From: a virus | IMG/VR virus record: IMGVR_UViG_3300029428_000026 | Span: 3,834-24,500 of that record | DNA length: 20,667 nucleotides | Reading direction: 5' to 3' (one strand) | Shown here: piece after piece, positions 5,709-15,100 of the stretch | How the letters are laid out: each line of letters opens with the position of its first letter | Position numbering within the stretch: the first letter of the stretch is position 1 | The notes under the pieces: model-generated | The model's database searches: none | Told to the model about the DNA's origin: nothing | The model's input: only the letters and a program-made list of their open reading frames with translations | Made by a program: the position numbers and the translations under genes

Positions 5709-6804
5709 CCTGTCCAATCCCGCCAACGGCTGGTTCCACGTCGAGAAAAGCGGAGATCATGAGGTCGACTACGGCGAGGGGCCTGCGGTGCTCCGCATAG
5801 ACGAGCAGGCGATCAAGTCCATGGTGGATGAATTCAACTCCCGCACCTTTGACGGGCCCGGCATGCTCATTGACGGCGACCACTTGAGCCATGACCTTTC
5901 ACGCGACACTCGCGCTCTCGGATGGCTCAAGCGGCTGGACACCTACCGCGATCCTTCCGGCGCGTTGGAGTTGTACGGCTTCATCGAATGGACGCCACGC
6001 GGGCAGCAAATGCTGGCCGACAAAGAATATACGCAATCCTCCACTGAATACGGAGAGGGCATGACGTTCGAGGGCGGCATTTACCGTCCCGCCAAGCTGA
6101 CAGGCTTCGCCCTGACCAACCGTCCCCGAATTAAGGGGAAGCGCCCTCTGGTCAACCGACAGACTTCCCCCGCCTCCACGGAGACCGGGGGCGAACAACA
6201 AAGCCCCGAACAGGGGGAAAACAACCCAGAAACCAATATGGAAAACGACGATAGAGAATATCCGTCCAAGGAAATGGACAAGGCCCAGCGGGCCCTGTTT
6301 GATTCCCTGCTTGACAAGCTGGATGTCGAATTTGACGGCACCGACGACATGAGCAGGGACATCCTCGGACGCCTCGATGAACTGCTCTCGCTGGAAAAGC
6401 GGGAGAAAGACCACGTGAACGCCGAAGTGGACGACGCCGTCAGCACGTATGAAAACGAGCTGGACGAGGAAGAGCGCAAGGAATTCACGGAAGAACGCCG
6501 GGAAGAGCTGAAAAACTCTCTCCGGGAAAGTCCGGCCGCACTGGGCGCCTTTGTCAAGGCTCTCAATCGGTCCGCGAAGTCAAAGCCGCCGCATGACGTT
6601 GTTGACGAAAGCCGCCGAAATCCAGCTGGAAGAACGTCCTTGAACCGCCGCGCTACCCAGGCGCCGCCCAATCCGTTCCGCAAGAAGGAATCCATCGACG
6701 GATTCCAGAACCGCGTCGACGAATTAATGAAGGGCGGCATGAAGCGGTACGACGCCTTCCAGAAAGCCACCGAAGAAGGCTACATTGTAACCTCCGAACG
6801 ATAA
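5683..6804 (+). CDS. Head maturation protease fused to a scaffold region (Mu gpI/gpZ-like)
   Basis: The N-terminal ~160 aa resemble Mu-like prophage protein I (..GWFHV..DHE..ID..A..SMV..FN). The C-terminal half is acidic coiled coil. ATG with AAGGA upstream; the gene overlaps the portal 3' end. Confidence 0.8.
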   Translation: MISTKQINDLSNPANGWFHVEKSGDHEVDYGEGPAVLRIDEQAIKSMVDEFNSRTFDGPGMLIDGDHLSHDLSRDTRALGWLKRLDTYRDPSGALELYGFIEWTPRGQQMLADKEYTQSSTEYGEGMTFEGGIYRPAKLTGFALTNRPRIKGKRPLVNRQTSPASTETGGEQQSPEQGENNPETNMENDDREYPSKEMDKAQRALFDSLLDKLDVEFDGTDDMSRDILGRLDELLSLEKREKDHVNAEVDDAVSTYENELDEEERKEFTEERREELKNSLRESPAALGAFVKALNRSAKSKPPHDVVDESRRNPAGRTSLNRRATQAPPNPFRKKESIDGFQNRVDELMKGGMKRYDAFQKATEEGYIVTSER

Positions 6805-6824
6805 CCCCAACCTGATACAAACCA

Positions 6825-7256
6825 ATGCCATCACTCAATGTAACCCAGAAAAGCGCCATCGTCTATTTCAACACCCCGGAGGGTGTTGACCTGTGCGGAC
6901 AGGAAGGAACCGTCGTGGCGCTGACCGCCAACCCGGACATCCCCGAGTTTATCGGGACGCCGTTGTCCGCCATCCCTACGCAGACACAGCTGCTCGGCGT
7001 AGTCCTGCAAGGGCAGCCCAACCAGGGAACCTGCGTCGCCGCCCTCGTCGGCATGTACGCCGGCCTGATCAAGGCGGCTCTTTCCGACACGCCGGGCACG
7101 ATCAACGCCGGAACGCCCCTCACCATCACGGCCAACGGAGCATGGAAGGCCGCCGCCAGCGGTGAAACCGTCTATGCCCGCGTGATTCACGCCCAGTGGG
7201 AACAGGGCATGGTGGAAATCGGCTTCGTCCCCTCCTACCAGGTCGCGGCTGCGTAA
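6825..7256 (+). CDS. Small head protein, decoration/DUF2190-like (tentative)
   Basis: A 143-aa Gly/Ala/Val-rich beta-type sequence placed between scaffold and capsid. ATG start directly after an in-frame stop. Confidence 0.6.
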   Translation: MPSLNVTQKSAIVYFNTPEGVDLCGQEGTVVALTANPDIPEFIGTPLSAIPTQTQLLGVVLQGQPNQGTCVAALVGMYAGLIKAALSDTPGTINAGTPLTITANGAWKAAASGETVYARVIHAQWEQGMVEIGFVPSYQVAAA

Positions 7257-7290
7257 CATCAACCCCAACCAATAGAAAGACCAAAAAACA

Positions 7291-8214
7291 AGGGCTACTC
7301 CATTTTGCTCAGCCGTCCAGTTCACCGATGTCCTGACCGCCTACTCAGCCGGCTCCGGGAACACCGAAGAGAACTCCATTATCAGCCGCATCGCGCCGAT
7401 CGTCCCGGTTTACGACCTCAATTTCCAGTACAAGGTCTGGGACACGGAATCTGCCTTTACGGTCCAGCCGATCCAGGTGGGACCGGGCGAACCTCCCCGC
7501 CAGACCGTCCTGCGCGGCAGGAACGAAACCGACACCCTTCAGGGGTACGGCTTAACCTTGCCGATTCCGGACGCCTTGCTGGGCGTCAACCGCGAAAAGG
7601 CGCAGGCTATCACCCTGGCGGAATACAAGCTCATCGAATCACAGTTTGTGACCTCGTATGAATATGAACGCGCCAAGCTCATCACCAGCCAGTTGCCTGC
7701 CGCAGCCGGTTACGGGGACTGGGCCAACGAACAGAAGAATCCGCTGACGGATCTGGATAATGCCATCCTGTCCATCAATGCGGCGACTGGACACATGCCT
7801 AACACCATCGTCTTTGGCATCAACGCCTGGCAGCTCCTGCGAGCCAACCCCATTGCCAGACAGGTGGTGTCATTCAACAGTGTCGGCCTCTTCAACGAAG
7901 ACCTGCTCCGCAATGCGCTGATTCGGCCTATCAGGGATATTTACATCGCAGCCATGCCCTACCGCGACGCTTCCGGCGACGCCAAGACCATCATGGAGAA
8001 CGAAGTCTATGTCCTGTACAAGGAAGACTCCCCGACGCAGTTCGACGCCTCTGCCATCAAGACGTTTGGTTTGTCCGGCAAGCTCCGCCGCGAAGTCATC
8101 ACGGAATACAAGCCGACGCCCGCTTTGACGCTGGTAACCAACCGCGTCTACTCGCTGACCAAGCTGACCAACCCGTCCGCCATCGTCCGCATCGACGCGA
8201 CGGCCACGGCTTAA
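7291..8214 (+). CDS. Major capsid protein. Proposed AGG start at 7291; the ORF track starts at GTG 7477.
   Basis: A 307-aa product at the capsid position. The frame is open from 7276 and encodes protein-like MATPFCSAVQFTDVLTAYSAGSGNTEENSIISRIAPIVPVYDLNFQYKVWD.. upstream of GTG 7477. There is no in-frame ATG/GTG/TTG in that stretch. Confidence 0.85.
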   Translation, partial: RATPFCSAVQFTDVLTAYSAGSGNTEENSIISRIAPIVPVYDLNFQYKVWDTESAFTVQPIQVGPGEPPRQTVLRGRNETDTLQGYGLTLPIPDALLGVNREKAQAITLAEYKLIESQFVTSYEYERAKLITSQLPAAAGYGDWANEQKNPLTDLDNAILSINAATGHMPNTIVFGINAWQLLRANPIARQVVSFNSVGLFNEDLLRNALIRPIRDIYIAAMPYRDASGDAKTIMENEVYVLYKEDSPTQFDASAIKTFGLSGKLRREVITEYKPTPALTLVTNRVYSLTKLTNPSAIVRIDATATA

Positions 8215-8235
8215 CCCACCCAACCCGCCTCCATC

Positions 8236-8712
8236 ATGTCCGCCTTTCCCGCCTGGTCCACCATCACTACGGATGAAGCCGACCGACTCCTCGGCCTCAA
8301 CACTGCGGAGCGCGACGCCCTGGTGAAAGCCGGGGAGCTGCGCAGCCTGGACTACCGGGACGTCATGATGGAGGCGGTCAACGATGTCTGCATGGCCATC
8401 CGCGGGGCGCTGGCCAACAACCTCGCCCTGCGGCAATCGCTCCAGAATAGCGGCATGTACGACATCCCGCAGAGCATGCGCTCCCTGGCGTGGCCGCTGA
8501 TCATCCGGCAGCTTTACCTGCGCTACCAGATCAACCTGACCGAAACGCGCCAGAAAGCCGCTGAATCGGCCGATGAGATGCTGGCCCGCTATGCACGAGG
8601 CGAAATGCTGCCGGAAAGCGTAGACGGCGCCGCCCCGGCGGACCCCGCCTACATGATGCCGCGCTTCACTCAGCGCCCCTGGTTCAACCCCATGAGAAGC
8701 ACCTACCGATGA
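8236..8712 (+). CDS. Head-tail connector-type protein (Mu gp36/DUF1320-like, tentative)
   Basis: A 158-aa ORF directly after the capsid gene. ATG start. The assignment rests on position and size. Confidence 0.6.
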   Translation: MSAFPAWSTITTDEADRLLGLNTAERDALVKAGELRSLDYRDVMMEAVNDVCMAIRGALANNLALRQSLQNSGMYDIPQSMRSLAWPLIIRQLYLRYQINLTETRQKAAESADEMLARYARGEMLPESVDGAAPADPAYMMPRFTQRPWFNPMRSTYR

Positions 8713-9845
8713 TGACCGCCGCCCAGATGGAGATGATCGCCAACGACTACGCCGAACGCGCCTTTTTCGTGTCCGGCGTGGAGCCCGGCGTTATCCTGTC
8801 CGACTTTGAGGAAAAGGCGGGGAAGGTCGCCTCCGGCGCCCTGAGCTATGAAGAGGCGCAGCAGTCCATCCGCGAAACCCTGCGCCAGCAGGGCTACCGA
8901 CCGCCGGCAACGGGGCAGGGCGGCATTCAGGATTTGTCATCCTGGCTCCGCATCCAGGTCGTCATGGAAACCAATGCGGCCATGGCGCACGGCTACCGGA
9001 ACTGGTACAACTGGACACAGGACGACAGTACGGCCGCCTTCAAATTTTACCGCTCCCAGGGCCGGGAAGATCCCCGCTACTGGGCCGAACGCTGGAACCG
9101 GGCCAGAGCCGGATTGGAAGAAGAAGCCACGGAGGCAGTTTCTTCTGGTTTCATCCGCGGCGAAACCGTCGGCTACGCCCTGGCGGCCTCCGACATCTGG
9201 ATTCGCCTCTCGCGCTTCGGAACGCCTTATCCTCCCTTCGATTACCTTTCCGGCATGAACATTGCCCCCGTGGGAGCCGAAGAAGCCCGCGCGGCCGGAC
9301 TGGAGGTTTCCCGCGTCCGTCTCGCTCCCGCCAGCTTCAACGCCACTCTGGAAAGCAATACTATAAGTATCACGAACGCCAATAAAAAGAAGATCCGCCG
9401 CATCCTGAAAGACGCCGTGCGTGTTAAAACCGAGAACGACCGCAATACCACCTTTACCTACACCGACCCGAACGGGACGCGCCCTTACACGGACGCGGAA
9501 CTGGCGGAAGTCCTGTCCGGGGATTTCCCAGAAGAGATCCCCTTGCGCCAGGCCCAGGCGTTCCGTCTGGCGGCAGCCGGGGGAGCCGTGGCCGGAACGC
9601 TGGCATCACTTTACCTCGACCGCCTGCTGGACCGTCTGGCTTCCGAGCCGGAAGGTGATTGGTACGCCCGGCCCGCAGACGTGGCCGCCGCGTCCTCCCG
9701 CCAGTATATCCCCGTTTCCCCAAAGGAAGAGGGGGAATTCACCTATCCCATTACCTCCGGGCACGTCAGGAAAGTGGAAGACGTCGCCGGAGCCCTCAAT
9801 GTGGAACTGTCAACCCCTTACGTTTTACCCGTCAAATGGCTGTAA
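8709..9845 (+). CDS. Mu gpF / SPP1 gp7-like head morphogenesis protein
   Basis: Motifs match the family: YAERAFFVSG..(L)SDF.., ..METNAAMAHGY.., ..PYPPFDY... ATGATG start overlaps the upstream stop. Confidence 0.65.
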   Translation: MMTAAQMEMIANDYAERAFFVSGVEPGVILSDFEEKAGKVASGALSYEEAQQSIRETLRQQGYRPPATGQGGIQDLSSWLRIQVVMETNAAMAHGYRNWYNWTQDDSTAAFKFYRSQGREDPRYWAERWNRARAGLEEEATEAVSSGFIRGETVGYALAASDIWIRLSRFGTPYPPFDYLSGMNIAPVGAEEARAAGLEVSRVRLAPASFNATLESNTISITNANKKKIRRILKDAVRVKTENDRNTTFTYTDPNGTRPYTDAELAEVLSGDFPEEIPLRQAQAFRLAAAGGAVAGTLASLYLDRLLDRLASEPEGDWYARPADVAAASSRQYIPVSPKEEGEFTYPITSGHVRKVEDVAGALNVELSTPYVLPVKWL

Positions 9846-10501
9846 CCGTCCACATCGACCAATCCGCGATTAACCGCGCGTTTGCCGACATGGCGCCGTC
9901 CGCCGCCCTGCACAAGACCGCCATCCGCAAGGCGGGCGTTGCCCTCAGTCTGATGATTCAGCAAACCTTGCGCCAGCAGGGCAAGGACTACTACGACGCC
10001 GCGGCGGACGCCACCAGCATGGAAGAAACCGCCGAAGGCGTCAGCGTCTCCATTGCCTGGCGCGGCATCGGCCTGCACTGGATAGGCACGCAGGGCTACC
10101 TGGGCGGCCCGCTGCGGCCCACCGGACGCACTTCGGAAGTCACCGGCAAGCCGATTCAGAACCTCGCCATCCCCACCATCAACGCGCCACGAGGGCATGG
10201 AGGGACCCGAAGCATTTACAGCGCAGGCTTCCGCAAAGAGGACTTGCAATTCATCCCCTCCAAAAATGGAGGACGGAATGGAAATGTAACCGGTGTCCTG
10301 ATTCTCAAGACAGCCCAGTCCTCCACCGGGAAGAAAGCGGCCCGCAAGCTTTTCAGCAAAGGAACGAAAACAGGAGACGTCCTCTATATCCTGTGCCGGG
10401 AAGTAACGATTGCTCCTACTCCTGGCATCCTGCCGACGATGGACCAAATGGCGCAGCGCGCCGCGGAAACATACCTCACCCAAATCGGAAACGAATCATG
10501 A
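9836..10501 (+). CDS. Virion morphogenesis/tail-completion-type protein (Mu gpG-like, tentative)
   Basis: ATG at 9836 overlaps the upstream stop (9843-9845). The ORF-track start at 9659 gives an Arg-rich, non-protein-like extension, so I rejected it. Confidence 0.55.
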   Translation: MAVTVHIDQSAINRAFADMAPSAALHKTAIRKAGVALSLMIQQTLRQQGKDYYDAAADATSMEETAEGVSVSIAWRGIGLHWIGTQGYLGGPLRPTGRTSEVTGKPIQNLAIPTINAPRGHGGTRSIYSAGFRKEDLQFIPSKNGGRNGNVTGVLILKTAQSSTGKKAARKLFSKGTKTGDVLYILCREVTIAPTPGILPTMDQMAQRAAETYLTQIGNES

Positions 10502-11028
10502 TCCCCTCCATTGACCAGACCATGAGCTGCCGCATCATTGAGCGGCTCAAAAGCAGCAAGGAATTGAGCTGCCACATCTTTGACGCGCCCTTTGATCCGG
10601 AGTATGCCGCCAATGACATCATCATGTCTGCAATGGGGAATAACGGCGTGGTGCTGGTGTGTCCCGGGGATGCGGATGAATACCAGGACGGACACGGGCA
10701 GACGGCGGAACCTACCATGTGGAGGCAGTATTTCATTATTGTAGCCATCTATCACAACGCTGCCCTGTTCCCGGAGGAATGCCTGACGCCGGCCTACTAT
10801 TTGCGCGCCGTGGGCGACGTGATTGAGCATGCCCTGTGGAACTGGAATCCACTTCCGTTTCCCGCGCCCGCCATGATGAAGCCCAAGATCAAGGGGCGCT
10901 TTGCCTCTTCCGGGATTATCGACGGAGAGAAGAGGCAAATGAACGTCTTGACCGTGGACTACCGCGTCCCGATCAATATCAACATACGAACCAAAACGGA
11001 ATTCCATGAGCAGAACGCCAAAAAATAA
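10498..11028 (+). CDS. Neck/tail-terminator-type protein (Mu gp37-like, tentative)
   Basis: ATGA overlap with the upstream stop at 10499-10501. The product is 176 aa. Confidence 0.55.
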   Translation: MIPSIDQTMSCRIIERLKSSKELSCHIFDAPFDPEYAANDIIMSAMGNNGVVLVCPGDADEYQDGHGQTAEPTMWRQYFIIVAIYHNAALFPEECLTPAYYLRAVGDVIEHALWNWNPLPFPAPAMMKPKIKGRFASSGIIDGEKRQMNVLTVDYRVPININIRTKTEFHEQNAKK

Positions 11029-11203
11029 ACAGCAAAAAGACCAGGGGGATCACCAGGACAAGGTGACCGTCCGCGTCGTCAGCACGAAAACAGAACTGGA
11101 TGGAGGGCTGGTCATCAGCCTCTTCATGAAAACCGATACCCTGGAACTTCCCTCGCCCGTCGCGGAAGCTCTGAAAACCCTCAACCTGGTTGAACTCAAA
11201 TGA
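11006..11203 (+). CDS. Small hypothetical virion-module protein (65 aa)
   Basis: ATG ORF that overlaps neighbours at both ends, consistent with translational coupling. Confidence 0.5.
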   Translation: MSRTPKNKQQKDQGDHQDKVTVRVVSTKTELDGGLVISLFMKTDTLELPSPVAEALKTLNLVELK

Positions 11204-11394
11204 GCAAAGCAAATACCTCCAACACAGAACCGGACAAGAAGACGGAGCAGGCCGCCGTCATCGACACCAACGTCATTATCCTGAAAAAAACCAGGGTAGG
11301 AAACTCCATATTCTTGCCAAAAGCCAGAATATCTGTTACGAAGGCTTTAGCTGAAAAGCTGGAGGCCGACGGCAAGGCAACCATCGTTTATTAA
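11200..11394 (+). CDS. Small hypothetical virion-module protein (64 aa)
   Basis: ATGA overlap with the previous ORF. Its layout resembles 11006..11203: a basic N-terminus, then a beta segment, then an AE.L motif. Confidence 0.5.
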   Translation: MSKANTSNTEPDKKTEQAAVIDTNVIILKKTRVGNSIFLPKARISVTKALAEKLEADGKATIVY

Positions 11395-11409
11395 ACCCAT
11401 TCAAGCATC

Positions 11410-12057
11410 AGGCCTAATACTTACGACCCTACTTACAGCAATCGCAATGTGACTCCGCAGATTACGGGCGTCCTGGCGATTTTTCTCCCTGACGGCATCA
11501 AGGTGACCGAGGAAGGCGGCGCCTCCTACGTTACCGGACCTTATCAGTTCCCGGAGCCTCCTACTGCGCCTCCCGTCGATCCGACGGCAGGCCCCGCATT
11601 CCCCTGGGTGAGCTTTGGCTTGCTGGGTGCGTTCCAATCCGTAGCTACGCAGGTGGAAGGAGAAGTCACCCGCTTCTATGGCGGTCCTCTTGGTTACCGC
11701 GTCCAGCGCAAGAATACCACCACTGGGAAGCGCATGACTTTCACGACGCCGGACATGTCCCCGGAATACTTCCAGCTCTCTTTTGCGCTGGGCGGGGCCC
11801 CGGCAAACGGAAAGGAAGCCGTTGCTATCGGGCATGGCGGCGACAACAAAATCGAAGGTTACCTGCAGCTGTGGTATCAGAACGATATTGGCGAGATATT
11901 TCTTACCTACATCGGGCATGGCGCCTTGCGTCTCTTGCAGGACCCGGAACACACAACCGCGGTGGCGTCCGCGCAGTTTGAATTTGAGATGGATTACAAG
12001 GGTCAGTACCAGGCCACGCCGTCCAATATTCAGGATGTGACGACGCCCGCTTCCTGA
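11410..12057 (+). CDS. Putative major tail (tube) protein. Proposed AGG start at 11410; the canonical alternative is GTG 11449.
   Basis: A ~215-aa beta-rich protein at the tube position, followed by a strong terminator. In-frame AGG lies 5 codons after the upstream stop, in the context ATTCAAGCATCAGG. Confidence 0.6.
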   Translation, partial: RPNTYDPTYSNRNVTPQITGVLAIFLPDGIKVTEEGGASYVTGPYQFPEPPTAPPVDPTAGPAFPWVSFGLLGAFQSVATQVEGEVTRFYGGPLGYRVQRKNTTTGKRMTFTTPDMSPEYFQLSFALGGAPANGKEAVAIGHGGDNKIEGYLQLWYQNDIGEIFLTYIGHGALRLLQDPEHTTAVASAQFEFEMDYKGQYQATPSNIQDVTTPAS

Positions 12058-12070
12058 CATACCAACCCAA

Positions 12071-12100
12071 GGGGCGCAAAAGCGCCCCGCAACCCTTTTT
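12071..12100 (+). terminator. Rho-independent terminator after the tube-like gene
   Basis: GGGGCGC (12071-12077), loop AAAA, GCGCCCC (12082-12088), then a T-run TTTTT at 12096-12100. Confidence 0.75.
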
Positions 12101-12110
12101 CTTCCGCTTC

Positions 12111-14231
12111 AGGCAACAGGCAGGCAAATATGATATACGGACCGTCACGGGACTCAACCAGTCACTGGTCGTGCGCGTGGTGGATTTCCAGGGAGATCCC
12201 GTCGATATGGGCGGCGTCACCCTGCGCGGAGCCGTTCGCCTCAAGACGGGTATTGCCGAGTTCGGCTTTTCCCGTGACGACGAGGGCAACGGCGTGATTT
12301 CGTGGGCCTCGGTACCCGCGGGCATGTGGTCCTACGATGTCTTCATGGATGACGGCAACGAGGAAAGCCCGCTTCTCTATGGATGCTTTGTTTCCTCAGG
12401 CCGGGTGACGCCGGACTTGCCGGACGAGCAGCAGGCGGTAGCGGGCGCGGTCGTCGTGCAGCTGCCGGAAGGAAGCGGATGCGTGCAGGTGGTGCTTGAT
12501 AATGCGTCAAGCGCCGCCTGGTACGCGGAGCAGGCCAAGAAGTACGCCGAGAATTTCAATCTTTCGGTGGACCGGGTCACTACCGGCGAGCCTGGCACTC
12601 CTGCCGCAGCGGAAGCCGTGAAAGGCTCGGAAGCGGGCTCTTATCTGTTGTCGTTTACCATCCCCAAAGGAGACGCCGGTCCCGAAGGCCCACCAGGCCC
12701 GCAGGGGGAACCGGGCGAAACCGGCCCCGAAGGCCCTCAGGGTCCCAGGGGCGACGCAGGACCTCAAGGTCCTCAGGGAGCGACCGGAGAACAGGGACCA
12801 AGAGGCGACATTGGAGAAACCGGACCGCAGGGTCCTGCCGGCCCGCAAGGCCCCGAGGGGCCGGAGGGTCCCCAAGGACCCCGTGGCGAGAAAGGAGATA
12901 CCGGGGATGTTAATCCGGACGGGTCTTATAACTGGACGCAGCCGCAGACCTACGACGCCACGATCACCGCAATCGAAGGAGTCCGTGTGCCGCTGCCCGC
13001 CACAGGGCAGAATGCCATTTCCTATGAGGGAATGATAACCATGACGGCTGCCGGCCAATGGAGCCGCACCAACTATTTTCTGGAATCCGTCATTCCGTCA
13101 TGGGTGACCGCCTTGGTGGAAGCCCAGTCGTTGAACACAAGCTACGCAATTGCTACCGCTAACGCCTCCCTGAAGAAGGGAGTATTTAATAACGACTTGT
13201 GCGATATGGTATTAACCATGACGGCGGCCGGGGGTGTTTCTGTTATCGGCAAATCCACGGGATCATGGAAATTTGCCAATTACATGGGCAACAATAGAAA
13301 TAACGAATATGCTGCCGCTTGCGCCTGGCGGATACTTGGCTCCGACAAGGTGTCGGTTCTCTTGGGCAGCACTGCCCAGGGGTACGCTACGACTGCCGAT
13401 CCGCTGGCGTCCTGCTATTCACATCCTGTGCACTGGGTGGATTATGCCTGGGATAATGCAAATTACAGGTATCCGCAAAACAATACAGTCAATGGAGCGA
13501 GAGGGGGCGACAATGTGCCGGCGTATCAGATCACTACCTACCCTATGGGGTATCTGGGGAGCAATAAGTCGGCCTTGATAAGGGGGACGTTTTACGGACC
13601 CCTCAAGGTAGATTCCCATTATGTTTGGGCATTGGCTCCGGCTTTTACCTACGTCTCCGCGGCCATGACGCCACCCAACCCCGATGACCAGGAGATTTAC
13701 AATCGCTGGGCTTTGTTTGTGGACAAGCAATATGTAATGGATATGGCTTCCTCCTTTTGGGGCGCCGGCAACACAGCATGCCTTACAACCAAATTCAAGG
13801 CGCACGAAGTCAGCGGGACTTATCAGGCGGGCCTCCGGATGGGAGGAATGAGGATAGACAATGCACCCTCACTGGGCATAACCAACTCCTGGGTCCTCAT
13901 GAAGGACACGGTAATGGAGGGCGTGACACCTAAACCAGTTCCAGAAGTAACGGCTTCTGCTCAGGAAGTTCCGGCCTCTGGCGGCGAGGTGACATTGACG
14001 GCGTCTTCCACCCTCTCCGAGGCTATCTATGTGCTGAACGATACCATGTGCGGACATGACCCCGCCGCTGTGTGGTGCACGCAATCCTCTGAAGAAATAG
14101 GGTCCGGCGGCGGCCAGGTTGTCCTGACGCTGGCGGCAAACACGACTGGACAACCGCGGCAGGTGTGGGCGTTTGTCGGCCACCATTACGCCGAGGCCGC
14201 CGTTGTAGAAATCAACCAATTAGCGCAATAA
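12111..14231 (+). CDS. Collagen-repeat tail fibre with a BACON/Ig-like C-terminal domain. Proposed AGG start at 12111; the canonical alternative is GTG 12171.
   Basis: Contains 27 uninterrupted G-X-Y triplets. A fibre-type motif, [10 protein letters not shown], precedes them. The C-terminus (13947-14228) fits the BACON-like pattern ..[35 protein letters not shown]. Confidence 0.85.
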   Translation, partial: RQQAGKYDIRTVTGLNQSLVVRVVDFQGDPVDMGGVTLRGAVRLKTGIAEFGFSRDDEGNGVISWASVPAGMWSYDVFMDDGNEESPLLYGCFVSSGRVTPDLPDEQQAVAGAVVVQLPEGSGCVQVVLDNASSAAWYAEQAKKYAENFNLSVDRVTTGEPGTPAAAEAVKGSEAGSYLLSFTIPKGDAGPEGPPGPQGEPGETGPEGPQGPRGDAGPQGPQGATGEQGPRGDIGETGPQGPAGPQGPEGPEGPQGPRGEKGDTGDVNPDGSYNWTQPQTYDATITAIEGVRVPLPATGQNAISYEGMITMTAAGQWSRTNYFLESVIPSWVTALVEAQSLNTSYAIATANASLKKGVFNNDLCDMVLTMTAAGGVSVIGKSTGSWKFANYMGNNRNNEYAAACAWRILGSDKVSVLLGSTAQGYATTADPLASCYSHPVHWVDYAWDNANYRYPQNNTVNGARGGDNVPAYQITTYPMGYLGSNKSALIRGTFYGPLKVDSHYVWALAPAFTYVSAAMTPPNPDDQEIYNRWALFVDKQYVMDMASSFWGAGNTACLTTKFKAHEVSGTYQAGLRMGGMRIDNAPSLGITNSWVLMKDTVMEGVTPKPVPEVTASAQEVPASGGEVTLTASSTLSEAIYVLNDTMCGHDPAAVWCTQSSEEIGSGGGQVVLTLAANTTGQPRQVWAFVGHHYAEAAVVEINQLAQ
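12669..12911 (+). repeat. Collagen-like G-X-Y triplet repeat (27 triplets) inside the fibre gene
   Basis: [81 protein letters not shown]. Confidence 0.95.
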
Positions 14232-14235
14232 CACC

Positions 14236-14646
14236 ATGCAAGAGATACATTTACAGTTCCCTAAGCCCGGACAGTGGAACGAATTTGTTATGACCGCCAG
14301 ATTTCCAGACAATAACGGCTTTGTACTCTCCCTCTGCTATACACAAGCGGATATACCCGCCGACCAAGCCCCGGCCTTGAAAGCAGCGGTGGCCGCGATC
14401 GCCGGCATGGACGAGGACTGGCAAGCGGTGCAGGTTTGGGTGCGGTGCAACTGGGTATTCCAGGCGCCGACTGGAGATGCAGACAATTACCAGTCCACAG
14501 AGGCGGTGATCCTTACGGTTGAGGCCGTCAATGCGGATGGTGGGCGCCGGACATTCACGTCTGCGGACTACCCGGAATTCATCATCACGGACCCCGCCGC
14601 CGTGGCATTTTTCAAATACTTCACCAATAACAACATAATCATATGA
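14236..14646 (+). CDS. Hypothetical protein downstream of the fibre (possible fibre assembly factor)
   Basis: A 136-aa ATG ORF, 4 nt after the fibre stop, overlapping the next gene (ATGA). Confidence 0.6.
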   Translation: MQEIHLQFPKPGQWNEFVMTARFPDNNGFVLSLCYTQADIPADQAPALKAAVAAIAGMDEDWQAVQVWVRCNWVFQAPTGDADNYQSTEAVILTVEAVNADGGRRTFTSADYPEFIITDPAAVAFFKYFTNNNIII

Positions 14647-15098
14647 CTACTAATAATCAATGCAATCATGCCGAGGCGATAGCCAAGGAAATGTACAACA
14701 TGTACCAATCCGCCATATCCCACGCCCCGAAAGAAACGGGCTGGGAAGATGAACCGGCCTATGTCAGGCAAGCGTGGTATCACGTCGCAGACCAGGCCCT
14801 CACCATCATCGGCAAGCACGCCGTTGAGGACATCAAAGACTATCTCGGCATCAAGGCTTCCGGGGCTTCCACCTGGTGGAAAAAAGCTCTCCTGGCTTTG
14901 GCTTCCGCCGCTGTGGGGATGCTCGGCTTATCTCTCTTCCAGGGCTGCGGGCACTCCGTAGACGTGACGCCAGGACGCACCGAGGTCTGCAAGGACGGTT
15001 CCTGCCTCGTCATTGAGCAGGGGCATATCTCCTATTCCCAGGCCCAGCCCAAGACGGAAGTTGAGCCCGTGGTGCAGGTAATCCCCAGCAAAAAATAA
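14643..15098 (+). CDS. Membrane protein of the lysis cassette (holin/spanin-class candidate)
   Basis: A ~75-aa soluble N-terminus, then a single TM WWKKALLALASAAVGMLGLSLF followed by QGC, then a Cys-containing C-terminus. Confidence 0.6.
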   Translation: MTTNNQCNHAEAIAKEMYNMYQSAISHAPKETGWEDEPAYVRQAWYHVADQALTIIGKHAVEDIKDYLGIKASGASTWWKKALLALASAAVGMLGLSLFQGCGHSVDVTPGRTEVCKDGSCLVIEQGHISYSQAQPKTEVEPVVQVIPSKK

Positions 15099-15100
15099 CC

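Noticed and set aside
9659-9835. The 5' extension of the 9836..10501 gene suggested by the ORF track.
   Set aside because: The extension is Arg/Pro-rich and overlaps the 3' end of the gpF-like gene in another frame. ATG 9836 overlaps the upstream stop in a typical coupled arrangement.
12669-12911. Periodic 9-nt repeat that could be mistaken for a CRISPR or satellite array. I also looked for a diversity-generating retroelement near the fibre.
   Set aside because: The periodicity is in-frame collagen GXY coding. There are no spacer-repeat architecture, no reverse transcriptase and no template/variable repeat pair in the window.
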